A program made the translations under genes and the position numbers. From Octopus sinensis (Eukaryota), in assembly GCF_006345805.1 (NCBI RefSeq), contig NC_043022.1, positions 18,104,001 to 18,168,000 on the forward strand: a stretch of 64,000 bases of DNA, in the 5' to 3' direction. Positions 1-12,320 of the stretch are shown here, piece after piece. How positions within the stretch are numbered: the first letter of the stretch is position 1; every line of letters starts with the position of its first letter. The notes beneath the pieces were generated by a model, which saw nothing but the letters and a program-made list of their open reading frames with translations, was not told where the DNA came from and did not search any database.

Positions 1-769
1 CCGGTGTGCTAACGATTCTGCCAGTTCGCCGTCATGCAGCAAAAGGTTGAATTAGCTTTTGCTGCACTTAGTTTCATCTGAGGGTATACAGGGGCTTCAG
101 TCAAAAATCCTGCGTACCTACACAAGAGACTAACTCGACGAAAGTAAAATATCATTAATCTCTATCAGTATTAAATGCTCTTTTTGCTTACAGTTAATAC
201 TGAACGGATATATACATATATATCCCCCAACGAGTTTACACGGAATCTCCTAACGACAATGTAAACTTCATATAAACAAGGTATCCTTGGCCTGAAGACT
301 AGCTTGCAGTCTACCACCACCACCACCCCCTCGTTTGGATAGTTTACTACTTCCGAGCTTCCGCTAGCTTTGGAACATTATGAAGCCTGGACTTTATCTA
401 TTTCATTCCCTAATCTACAACAATCTATTTGCATCTACAACAATCTCTGTTGCTGAACGTGAACTATAAAATTAACTTTTTTCAGCTTATCAAACTTCAA
501 TATGGAAACATTCACAACCTTCCACGTCAATAAACCTCTATTGTTCTTGAAAGTTGGTTTTTATCTTCTATGGATTTGTTGAAGCTCATTAACTTCCTAC
601 ACCTTAGTCCTTGGATCTTACTGTTTCACACACACACACACAAAAACACCATATATATATAGGTTGTGTCAATTTTTTGAGGAGGTTTGTATGAATTTAG
701 AAAAAGGGGTATAGCTCATCAACGAAAAGTTGTATTTAAAAACAAATTGGTACAAATATTCTTGGGAAT

Positions 770-1190
770 TTCTTATTGGAGAAAAACCAAAGCATCCCAG
801 CCACTTGATGTTTGAACTTGTTTAACAAGCACTTTGCGTGTCCAGCATAAACTGACCCTTCTGAATCACATACAACTTGTCTTCTGATGTCTTCATGCAC
901 AACTCTTCTGATGGTGCATTCTGAAACCTTTGCAATGACTGATTGAGAGTCTGGGGTTTTTATAAATTATTTCTTGGGCATTTTGTACAAAGTTATGTGT
1001 TCTGAAGGAATTAGTACCCTTTGCATGCATTTTGCATTTAGCTGCTGATGTTGGATCCCTGTCAGCAGCTTCCAGCTCCTTTCGAACTTTGACAATGAAG
1101 GATCATGCAACTTTCAGGAAGTGAGCTATCTCTCTATCTCTATGCTACACTTTTTAAGACAATGCTGAGTCAACCTGATGCCTGACATTA
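770..1190 (-). mobile_element. Degenerate Tc1/mariner-superfamily (DD37D/maT-like) transposase fragment
   Basis: Manual minus-strand translation across frameshifts gives EIAHFLKVA..FIVKVRKELEAA..RTHNFVQ..ECTIRRVVHEDIR..CLLNKFKH..GMLWFFSNKK. This fits the HTH region through the first catalytic motif (WFFSDEK type). Confidence 0.7.
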
Positions 1191-1233
1191 TCTGAAAAGT
1201 AAGCTAAAGAAAAACAAAGACACACACATATTT

Positions 1234-1285
<52 letters not shown>

Positions 1286-1292
<7 letters not shown>

Positions 1293-1428
1293 TAAGTAGC
1301 TTGCTTCCCAACCACATGGTTCCGGGCCCAGTCCCACAGCGTGGCACCTTGGGCAAGTGTCTTCTACTAGAGCCTCGGGCCAACCAAAGCCTTGTGTAGA
1401 CGGAAACTGAAAGAAGTCTGTCGTGTGT
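1286..1428 (+). mobile_element. SINE family B (tRNA head + CORE-like domain), 5' part
   Basis: gtggtaagtagcttgc..ggcaccttgggcaagtgtcttctact..ggaaactgaaagaag, matching the full copies at 17904, 44328 and 55027. Confidence 0.85.
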
Positions 1429-1477
1429 ATACGGATTTCTCGCAGCTTCTAACAATTCGACTCACAATGATCTGTTC

Positions 1478-1580
1478 TGTAGTAGAAGACACTTGCCCAA
1501 GGTGCCATGCAGTGGGAATAAACCTGGAACCATGTAGTTGGGTAGCAAAATTCTGACCCCACAGTCACGCCCGCGCCTAT
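1478..1580 (-). mobile_element. SINE family B, partial
   Basis: agtagaagacacttgcccaaggtgccatgcagtggga is the reverse complement of the family B head. Confidence 0.8.
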
Positions 1581-2035
1581 ATGCATTAAACAAGCCAAAG
1601 CGAAGACAATGGTTACTGTTAATGAAGTTTTAGGGGTCAAGTTATTAGCGTTTTCCCATTTTTATAAATGGTAATAAACTATTTAAATAAAATAAACTAT
1701 TTTTTTCCTCTGGCGCAATTAATGTTGAGTGACGCGTCTTCTAGAATCGACCATTAAATCATATAATTATTAATGTTAACAATTATAATTCTGTTTAATT
1801 GTTAATCAGAATTGATCATTAAACTAACCATTATTTCTCTTTTTCTTCTTCATATTCAATACATACAACCTTCACCCGCCACCTCTCTCCCCATATAATT
1901 CATTGTGCCATTGATTGGATACCAGCTGCTGACACCATCAACTATTCTCTCTCTCTCTCTCTCTCTCTCTCCCCTACTCTTGCTCCCCTTCCCTCTTCCC
2001 TCGTTGCTTCTTCCTTTCAGCTTTCCAGCTGTTCA

Positions 2036-2079
<44 letters not shown>

Positions 2080-2351
2080 ATCCGCTTCACTTGTTGTTTC
2101 TCCCCCACCTCGTATGTAGGTAAAGGGTTTTTCACGTAGCTTCTATTCTATTCCTTTTCTCTCTCTCTCTCTCTCTCTCTCCTGCCCCTCCTCTCTCCAG
2201 GTCTTCTTCCTCCGTTACACGGTATCACTCCTGTTCAAATTCCTTCACTTCCCATACAATGGCTGTTTACACTGACCTCACTGTTTGCTTCTCAAACATA
2301 GCGTTACCATACAATATTTTGTAGCCATAAAACATTATGTCAATCAATATA

Positions 2352-2583
2352 TATTTCTTTACTACCCACAAGGGGCTAAACACAGAGGGGACAAACAAGG
2401 ACAGACAAAGGGATTAAGTCGACTACATCTACCCCAGTTCGTAACTGGTACTTAATTTATCGACCCCGAAAGGATGAAAGGCAAAGTCGACCCGGCGGAA
2501 TTTGAACTCGGAACGTAACGACAGACGAAATACGGCTACGAAATTCGCCCGGCGTGCTAACGTTTCTACCAGCTCGCCGCCTT
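2352..2583 (-). mobile_element. SINE family A, full length (tRNA-like head, central gtcgactttgcctttcatcctttcggggtcgat domain)
   Basis: Reverse complement is closely similar to the copies at 17181 and 32413. B-box-like gagttcaaattcc is present. Confidence 0.9.
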
Positions 2584-2627
2584 AATCAATATATACAGGC
2601 TATGTATGTATATATATATGTATATAT

Positions 2628-3904
2628 ACTAGTCTACCCGTGACCCGTTGGGTCACCAATAGTTGAAGGTACCCGAAAAAAACCTCGTATTTCGGGAATC
2701 CGTGGTCCGATTTACGCGAAACTTGCTTTATCCCGTTTGTATTCACATGCGCATCCGATTCGTGACATCTCCTGCTTTTATCCCTTTCTCTCTGTTTCGC
2801 CAGACGCTCAGCCCTTGCTTTTTCAGTCTCATCCATCCTTCTATCCGCATGCCTGTCCTGATCTTGGGTAGATATTTCGTAAAGGACCTCTTCGTACTTT
2901 GGTGTGAAATAATTTTTTCCACGGGTTTTTCGAGTGCATTCAACGTATCTCATCTCCAAACCCACCGCAAGCCACTTTCTTCCGGAAAAGAAATGGGGGA
3001 GGGGGGACCCCGGAGTTTCCCGGGAAACTGAGTATCCCACCAACGGAGTTTTGTTTCTTGGGTTTTTTTCTTTTCCAGATTATTTCGCATGCTTTCAACG
3101 AATGTGACATCGAAATCACGTGTAAACGGCTCCTATCCCCAGAAAAGGACAGATTTGGCTGCTATTTCTTGCACGCCCTGCTCCCATGTAACAGCTATTT
3201 CGGGTCCTTTATTGCAAATAGCTGTTACGTGGTAGGAGGGCGTGCTGGAAATAGCAATCAAATCTTTGGAGGTGAGATACGTTGAATGCACTCGAAAAAA
3301 ACCCATGGAAAAAAATTAATTTAAAACCGAGGTTACGAACGGATCTTTTACGAAATATTTACCATATTTTTAAAGTGGTTTTCACTTAAAAATATTTTTT
3401 AAATATGTCGAAAATTTTTTGTAATGGAATTCACTTGAAAATAATTTTTTAAAAATTAAGATATTGTCTGTTTAAAGAAAGCTAAAGTACAAATACTTAC
3501 TGTACAAAGAACTTACATTTTTGAAATAAGATTCTCTTAAAAATATTTCTAAATGATTAAAATATTGCGTTTATCGAAAGTGAAAATAGAAACATTTACT
3601 GTAAAAAAAACAATTCGTATTTTTTCGCTGGTAAGTTAAAGTCGCTAAGACTTTTGCCCATCATAATAGGTCTAATCGAAAAGTTAGAGTTTCTTCCCTT
3701 CAGAATTAAGTAATTTTCGGATTATCTTCCCAACATGTAGCGTTTTGGGTATTCATACCCCAAAACTCCACAATTATCTCAAGAACCAGTGGCCCGATTG
3801 TATTCAAATTTCAAGATCACCTTACTTTCAAATTATTTTCCTATTGTGCGCCGGTTTGGTTGTGTAATATTCCAGGCAAGCACGACTGAAGTTAATTTTT
3901 AATA

Positions 3905-3908
<4 letters not shown>
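2628..3908 (+). mobile_element. Putative non-autonomous Helitron/Helentron-type element with internal inverted repeats
   Basis: Starts ACTAG(T) with a subterminal hairpin (gtgaccc-gtt-gggtcac) and ends ..ttaatttttaatagtatatat next to (TA)n. This end pattern resembles the element at 39596. Confidence 0.45.
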
Positions 3909-3942
<34 letters not shown>

Positions 3943-4016
3943 GAATAAGATAGAATCAACAAGAAGCAGTTCTGTTGGACAGTTATATGTTTTATCACTA
4001 GACATGTTTCCGTACA

Positions 4017-4237
4017 GAACTGGCAGAATCGTTAGCACACCGGGCGAAATGCTTAGCAGTATTTCGTCCGCTGTTACGTTCTGAGTTCAAATTCCGCCGA
4101 GGTCGACTTTACCTTTCATCCTTTCGGAGTCGATAAATTAAATACCAGTGGTGCACTGGGGTCGATGTAATCGACTTAATCCCTTTGTCTGTCCTTGTTT
4201 GTCCCCTCTATGTGTAGCCCTATGTGGGCAATAAAAA
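4017..4237 (+). mobile_element. SINE family A
   Basis: ctggcagaatcgttagcac..gaggtcgactttacctttcatcc..tgtgggcaataaa. Confidence 0.9.
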
Positions 4238-4260
4238 AAAAAGAAAAGGCTAATTCGACC

Positions 4261-4427
4261 AATATAAAATCTTCATATATGCAAGAATTTGATTATGCAA
4301 CGGTTTACCCTGAAGGCAGATCGAATGGGGACAGCAACTGAATATCAGCTGAAGAATGACAACTAGATCCCATTATACAGGTGAATCGTTGCATAATCGA
4401 ATTCCTGTATATATGAAGAACTATATT
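4261..4427. mobile_element. MITE-like imperfect fold-back (about 52-bp arms)
   Basis: 4261-4312 is approximately the reverse complement of 4378-4427. Confidence 0.55.
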
Positions 4428-4706
4428 CAGTTTTATTTTCGCACACGACGAATGCCCAAATCTAGACATGGAAATATATCGTAATACTACCGGCTATTTG
4501 GTACTTTTATGGGTGAACGAGGTGTATTTTGTACTCTGCTACGTTCCGAACAGAATATACCTTATATATATATATATATATACACACACACATACATACA
4601 TTACACACACACACAAGCATTATAACTGAAAATGCATTACAGAATACTCTTTGTTTGTTTCGAGTCCCCAAATTTATTACTTCTGGTGAATCAACTGTGA
4701 TTGGTA

Positions 4707-4751
<45 letters not shown>

Positions 4752-5072
4752 TTTATTTGTGAATTAAGGTTACCATTGGTTTCATGTTAAGTAGATATTT
4801 TCCTCGTGTACACGGTAGGTATAGAAAATAACGGATACAATACGGAATCGATTGTAGAGGTTACAATTTCCCGGTTGCACGTGCAATTTCGTTCTCTGTT
4901 GGTATTTTTAAATAAGAAATGTTGTAGAAATATATGAAAGGTCATGAATATCGGTTCAATTCTACGAGATCTGTCGGTCTGTCTGTATGCGCGCGCTATT
5001 GTGAGTGTATGTATGTATGTATGTATATATATTATTTACATTTAACGGATATTTGTTATCTTGTCTCTTGTT

Positions 5073-5118
5073 AACACAAGGTTTCGGCTGATATACCTTC
5101 CAACCTTCATCAGGTGTG
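5073..5118 (-). ncRNA. Minimal type I hammerhead ribozyme relic (Penelope-like terminus)
   Basis: Minus strand reads acac-CTGATGA-a-GGTTG-loop-CAGCC-GAAAC-CTT-gtgt. Stems I and II pair; stem III has a C-C mismatch. Confidence 0.65.
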
Positions 5119-5199
5119 TTGGGGAAATTTTGAACCTGGGTTCTCATTCCTAAGGTATTTTTCGATGTTATTATTATTATCATTACTATTATTATTATT

Positions 5200-5750
5200 G
5201 AGTGAGAGAGCAGTGCATGCCATCAAAGTGACACTGGGGTAAAATATACGAAGCCCAATATACCCATCATGACTACCCGTCTGATAAGGGTACACCAGGC
5301 ACATGCATCACAACCATATGTGCGCGACATGGTGATCTCATATCAAGGTAAACAGCGCATGACCTTGCAGGTGGGGCCCAGTTAGAATTTTCTTCTGGTC
5401 GAGTAACCCATCCCGCTCAAAAGGTCCCTGAATAAGGGTTGTTTAAGGATGTTGAAAGAACCACCCATGTTTCCAGAGGTGAATTATTCACATCCCAAAG
5501 AATTCCTATCAACACATGGCTATGATACTCCCCCACTACTTCTGCTCGTGATCAGAGATGCACATATTGTCAGCCACTAAGGGACATGCTCAACTGGTTA
5601 AGGTCAAACAACTGACAAGCAAATCTGTGGCATTGAGCAGAATATTTGCTGTAGCCCATCTTTTATACCAAGACAAAACAATGTACATGATAACACTTCC
5701 AATCAGTTAAGATCAGAAGCAATGAGAGCCACTGCCTGGTACTGCATCAT
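5200..5750. mobile_element. Non-coding interspersed element inserted in (ATT)n, possibly a non-autonomous R4/Dong-dependent element
   Basis: 550 bp of complex sequence bounded on both sides by (att)n, the same context as the Dong fragments. No ORF. Confidence 0.45.
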
Positions 5751-5761
5751 ATTATTATTAT

Positions 5762-5832
5762 TCTGGTCATTGCCTGGAATCGAACTCAGAATCTTGGGGT
5801 TAGTAGCTCGTGCTCTTAACCACCACGCCATA
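5762..5832 (-). mobile_element. tRNA-derived head (short SINE or tRNA pseudogene)
   Basis: Minus strand ggcgtggtggttaagagcac..gagttcgattccaggc contains A- and B-box-like motifs and is followed by (aat)n. Confidence 0.6.
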
Positions 5833-6225
5833 TGTATTGTATCCGCTATTGTCTATACATACCGTGTATACGATTGAGAAAAAAAGTCGTCAGAATTTTG
5901 GAAACATTTTTTTTTATTTCTTCAATATTATTATCGCTTTCGTTCCTTTCTCGAAACTTGTCAAATAGAATTTTGTGAATGTACAAACAGCTTGTTTGTT
6001 TATATAAAACATGTTGTGGGGGGGGGGATTTTTGTTTAGCAGAGAATATTGTTTTTGTTTTCTGGGGTGGGGTTCCATGACAATGGAGATGGATAGATAG
6101 AAATATAGACAGACAGACAGATAGATAGATAGTCAGAGAGATATTCTAATGACTTTTTTTCTCAATATTCAATTTCTGTACATCACACCTTGCACTCTAT
6201 ACATTCATACATATATTTTTTTTAA

Positions 6226-6538
6226 AACTGGCACTCCGTCGCTTACGACGACGAGGGTTCCAGTTGATCCGATCAACGGAATAGCTTGCTCGTGACATTA
6301 AAGTACAAGTGGCTGAGCACTCCACAGACACGCGTATCCCTTCACATACTTCTCAGGGTGATTTAGTCTGACACGGCTGGCCTCTTGAAATACAAGTACT
6401 ACTCATTTTTGCCAGCTGAGTGGACTGGAGCTATGTGAAATAAAGTGTCTTGCGCAAGGGCACAACGCACCGCCGGGAATCGAACTCGCAATCCTGCGAT
6501 CACGAGCCGAATACCCTAACTACAAAGCCATGCACCTT
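6226..6538 (-). mobile_element. SINE family C (tRNA head + CORE-like domain + RTE-like tail)
   Basis: Minus strand has gagttcgattcccggc (B box), gttgtgcccttgcgcaagacacttta (CORE-like) and tail gatcaactggaaccctcgtcgtcg. A degenerate relative lies near 9630-9890. Confidence 0.7.
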
Positions 6539-6704
6539 TACATACACAGTCAAGTACACATGTATGAACATACATACATATTTGCATGCATACATATATG
6601 TATGTAAATATATACGCATGGTTCTGTCTGTATGTATTTAAATGTATATGAATGTATGTATATGTATGTGTATGCATGTGTATGAAGCTATGTATGTTTG
6701 GATA

Positions 6705-6890
6705 ACTGGTACTGGCACCATGTAAAAGCACCATGTACACTCTGTAAAGTGGTCAGTGTTTGGAAGGACATCCCGCTGTAGAAACCAAATCCAAACAGAA
6801 AATAGAACCGGGAGCGGCCCCTGGCCTAGGCACCTCCTTTCAAACCATCCAGCATAGAAAACGGGCATTCAGTGGTGATGATGATGATAT
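6705..6890 (+). mobile_element. RTE-type retroelement/SINE 3' tail
   Basis: ggaaggacatcccgctgtagaaacc..cagcatagaaaacgggcatt followed by (gat)n. Confidence 0.5.
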
Positions 6891-6993
6891 GTGGGCACAC
6901 ACACACACACACACACACACCACACGTGTGTATGTATGTATGTCTGTGGATTTATGTATGTATGTGTGCATATATATATATATATATAATATA

Positions 6994-7038
<45 letters not shown>

Positions 7039-7407
7039 TATAAACTTAATTCTAAAGAACCGTAAAACAAATTAAACGTTTTAATGTTATCGATAGTTAA
7101 TATGGAAGCACCTGTTTGCATAAACAAGTGTTTATTCACACAAACACATACACAGAGTCATTTGGACATGTGTGTGTGTGTGGTGTGTGTGTGTGAGCGG
7201 TCACGTTTGAAACCAAGCTTATTATATATAATGTATGTATACATCTAACAACATATGTGCCTGCATATATAATGCACTACATTAACTTTTTAACATTCAT
7301 TTGCATCACAAACATTGAAGCCAAAAATATACATATGCATGCATGTATACTGCTGTCAGCAAACACACATATTGAAGTGTTCTCCCTCTCTCTCTCCCTA
7401 TATATTT

Positions 7408-7456
7408 TCTCTCGAGTTTCAGCTCAGAGCTGCGGCCATGCTGATGCACCGCCATT
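7408..7456 (-). mobile_element. Isolated CR1-like/SINE B 3' tail (tail-only insertion)
   Basis: Minus strand aaatggcggtgcatcagcatggccgcagctctgagctgaaac matches the tail at 45211. Confidence 0.7.
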
Positions 7457-7848
7457 TATATATAATTAATTTTTAAAAAAACGGAGGAAAAACGAAAAGA
7501 AAAACAACAACGCGAGGATCAGATGCATGCAACGTATTAATAACACGCTCAGAGAAGGAAAGCAAAGGTGTTTGTTTATATACATACATATATATACACA
7601 CACACACGCACACACACATATATATATATATACATATACACTTATATATATATACATATATACACACACACACGCACACATATATATATATATATATATA
7701 CATACATATACACTTATATATATATACATATATATACACATATATACATATATACATACATATATATACATATATATTATATATACATATATACATATAT
7801 ATACATACATATATACATATAATATATATATATATTATATACATATAT

Positions 7849-7899
<51 letters not shown>

Positions 7900-7991
7900 T
7901 ATACATATATATATATATACATACATAATATACATATACATATATATATATATATATATACATATATATATAATGAGAGGGGGAGAGAGAG

Positions 7992-8076
<85 letters not shown>

Positions 8077-8134
8077 TACATATACATACACACACACGTA
8101 CACATATATATGACAGTCACAATACTGCCAAAAA

Positions 8135-8560
8135 AAAAAATGGTCCACTAGTCATTTAGATGAAAAACCGCATCATACTTAACATGATGTTCCTCCCCAA
8201 TATACAAACGCCCTTGTCCCTTTTAGGTTCCACTGTAGCGATTTATTGAGTCTTTTGAATTAAAATGTAGCTTTATCACTCCAGACGGCCTTTATTGGAA
8301 AGTGAGTATTTTTTACACGTCTTGCCAAGTACCACTCCGCAATACTGGACTCCTCAGTCCGGAGTATTTTCACGAGGGGCCACAGACTACTCTTGCAATG
8401 TAATAGTTTCCAATGATAACTTCAAAATGCGATTGAAGCTTGATTTTGAAATTCCTGTCTTATGACTGGCTTGCCAACACACATTCTCTTGAATTCTGGC
8501 AAAACATTGCTAATGGTGATGTGATGGGTATAATCCGTTTTAATATGAAAGAATGATGGC
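8135..8560 (-). mobile_element. Degenerate Tc1/mariner-superfamily transposase fragment
   Basis: Minus translation with stops gives QASHKTGISKSSFNRILK..FPIKAVWSDKATF..CGFSSK.LV.HFF, which resembles WSDEATF..WCG..GPFFF. Confidence 0.6.
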
Positions 8561-9517
8561 GGAATGTTCATGTGAAATAACTAGAATATTAGCCAAACAG
8601 ACCAGAGATAATTCTTGTGCCCCATCGAGTAGGAACAGATAATATATACACAAGCACACACATACATACATACAGAACACATTACATCTACACATTGCGA
8701 ACATTACATACACACATACATACATTGTACACACACACACACACACACACACAACTTGTGTCCGAGTATTACCAGTTCTTGCAAATTTGTAAGCTTCTTG
8801 GATGCTCCTAGAGAAAAAGAGGACAACTTCCATCTGCAGGGTTGTTTGCCAGTTTCAGAATAAGGTGATTTTTGTTTAGACCAACTTTTCTGGGTGTTGG
8901 TTACCAGGTGGTCAGTTCTGTCCCTGGAAAAGGCCGCTCGGTCACTCAAGGTATTTCTAAATCTCTCATCCCTCAATTTGAAAAAGAAGCAACCATTATC
9001 CCAAGCCGCCAACATGCAAGTTAACAATAACATTTATTCAACTGGTCAAGCCTCTATGTTCCACTACTGCCCATTACCAAAGGATTTTGTGAGAGATCTA
9101 CGGTGTGTTTCCCCTAAAGAGTCCTGTTGTGTGAATTTAACTCTAGTGCACACGGAACTGCACTCACTTTTCAAATAGAACAGCCTTCTTTCCAGTACCC
9201 CAACATGGACTGGGGCAATCAGAAGCTGATGACTCCTCAAGTTTTACATATAAAGTACCATGTTACCCAATTTGGGCTGTTGCATGGTCGAGAACGGGGT
9301 AACCCCGCTAAATTTGATGAGGGTAATTTAGAGCTTCTGCGAGAAGGAAAAGGATAACTGTCAATGGGTGGATGAACTCAGAGGAGCGAATGACCATCCA
9401 GTGATGGGGTGTGCAGGGCCAGAAATAATCATGGTTGGAAAGTAGTGCGCCTGAAGACCACCTAAGAGTGAGTATATTAAATGGTGACAGAGAGATGGAC
9501 ACACAGACAAGCAGGCG

Positions 9518-9573
<56 letters not shown>

Positions 9574-9982
9574 TATTTATACATGAATGAACCCTTTGTT
9601 GCTGTTGACGATGATTATTGTTGAATCAAGTGAATTACTTGTCAGTGGTTGTGTATACCACAGACACGTATATTCTTAACAACAGAATCGACTTATCACA
9701 TTGTGTGCAAAGGCTGGCCCAGTAATAATTCACTCAAAGGCTTCGACATAGTTTCCGTCCACCGGTTACTCTAACAAAACTTCCATCTACCCAAAGCTAC
9801 GTTAAAAGGCACGCGACCATAATATCAGGCATTGGGATTGAACCCAACACGACGTGGTTGCGAAATGAATTTGTTAACCATTCAGCCATATATATTCTTT
9901 CACTCATACATACAAACATTAACTTCATGAAGATTAAGCAATTATACACAGGAATACATATATGTAATGCATGTGTGTGTGT

Positions 9983-10049
<67 letters not shown>

Positions 10050-10419
10050 AATGTGACACAGAAGGAAGACGTAGGAAAAGGAACATGCAGAAAGCAGGAA
10101 AAGACACACAAAGGAAGAGAACACTCATCCTTCATCAGTTGTCGACCAAAAATAGTCACAATTTCGAGTGACACACACACACACACACACACGTGCATTA
10201 AGGTTTATGATGATCAATTATATTTATGTATAAAACTTATCAAAATTTTTAATGAGTGTATATAACACACACACACAAACACATATATATGTATACATAC
10301 ACAGATATATATACATATATTCAATCAATCATACATACGCACACATTAAAATTTATGATCTTTAAGTAATTTTAAATATTTTATACATAAATACATTCAA
10401 AAAAGTATACACACGTATG

Positions 10420-10492
<73 letters not shown>

Positions 10493-10844
10493 AATTTATG
10501 ATGATTATACAATTATATGAATAAATGCATAACTATATAATACACATAAAAATGTATGACTACACAATTATATGAATAAATACATCTATACGCATGAAAA
10601 TGTATAATTTATCATATACATACACACACACACACACACATACACGCAGATATATAGATATATGCACCTAAGGATACATATTACATGTGAATTGTCACAT
10701 GTTGTCCAACGACGACGACGACGACGATTAATATTTCAAAAGAATTCAGAAATAATTGAAAATCAACGCGAACAAAAAAAGGCGCTGATGTTCGAATGAT
10801 TCTCGTTTGACGCAGAACGACGAAGGATCGAATAACAGGGTCGC

Positions 10845-11010
10845 TGCCGTATTTTAACGTGTATAAGGAACACCCTAATTTTGGGGGCTTCAAATTAAAA
10901 AAAAAAGTTTTGTAAGGGATTATAATACTATCCATGTATAAGAAACTCGCGTATTTTTTAAACCTGGTTTTTGACAAAAAAGGGTTCCTTATACGCGTTG
11001 AAATATGGTA
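10845..11010. mobile_element. Tc1/mariner-superfamily (Tc2/pogo-like) MITE
   Basis: About 30-bp TIRs: tgccgtattttaacgtgtataaggaacaccc and gggttccttatacgcgttgaaatatggta. The right end finishes in TA. Confidence 0.7.
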
Positions 11011-11660
11011 ATTAAAATAAGGGCATTGCTCGTTATAATCCTTAACCTTCTGAGTTCAAACGAAGCCAATGTCAACTTTGCCATTCTTCCCTTCCAGGGG
11101 TCGATATTTGGTTGTGAACCATTGTTAGAAATCGATATTTAGGTTCGATTTATCACGTGCTGAGGTTGAGTTTGTCTTTTAAATCTAGCTGTCGAATCAT
11201 GGGGCCGATATAAGAAACTTTTCCCTTCATATCCCACCACTCCCCTAATGAAATATTAGTAATAGAGCTCATTTGAGGGAGATCTGATTGCTATTTCTAG
11301 AAGTCAGCTCTTCTTGGCTTAGACTTGAACGTGATGTAATTGTTATAGCTGACATTGTTGGTCGACAGAGCTTTGACCAACACCGTTCTAATCATGGCCA
11401 ATAAGGGGTTTTATAGGAATCATATCATTCATTAATTACCTTCAGGTTGATAACCTACTGAGTGGTCAAATAGTCAATAAACACAATAACTAATACACGT
11501 GCGTCTTCATATACAATAAACAGGCACGGGTTGGAGTGAGGTGGGTGAGGAGACCGAATTGCTGCCACGTTGCTTCGAGTTGGGTTCCACCGAATGTACA
11601 AATGTCTTTTACTTTGGTTTTGCATTCACTAATACCTTGTGACAAAAACTGGAATGGTAG

Positions 11661-11710
<50 letters not shown>

Positions 11711-12121
11711 GCATATATATATATATATATATATATATTCTTTGAAGGTTGTCTCCTTTCCGTAATCCTGGATAGGGGCCCATACCGGGTACTGTCAATC
11801 GGAGCTAGCTGAGCCCAGGACTCGTGTCAGACAGGGTCGTCACTCGCTGAAGTAGTGAATAAAATCGCTACCCACTACCAGAGGGAGTGTTTGTCTAGGA
11901 TAGGACTACACAGCCACAGCAGGAGATGTATTAGGACATGAAATGTAAAAAGCCGGACTAGATTATTTTATGCGCAACTCCATTGTCTCCCGAGACAAAA
12001 AGGATGCCAACAACAACATATATATATATATGATGTGAAGATACTTTCGGTTTTAATAAAAAGTAAATATATTTCATCATGTTGAACTGTTAATCCCTAC
12101 ACATTTTTCTCTTTCTTGGAT

Positions 12122-12172
<51 letters not shown>

Positions 12173-12186
12173 CATTTTCTCCTCTC

Positions 12187-12320
12187 AACTCTTTCTGTCG
12201 AAGAGCGTAAGCTCGAAGTGTCACAGAGTTTTCCATTCTTCTCAAGCGTCAAACTAATACACCAGCCCATTGTTCCTCCACCTATCTTCGTCTTTTGTTT
12301 TCTATAAATTTGAACTGTGT
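12187..12320 (+). mobile_element. Penelope-like terminal repeat with hammerhead-like motif (copy 1 of 3)
   Basis: aactcttt-CTGTCGA-a-GAGC-gtaa-GCTC-GAAG-t-GTC-acagagtt, followed by ccacctatcttcgtcttttg, which is shared with the copies at 50515 and 54600. Confidence 0.5.

Noticed and set aside
5762-5832. Functional tRNA gene
   Set aside because: The acceptor and anticodon stems do not close properly and there is no T-run terminator; treated as a SINE head.
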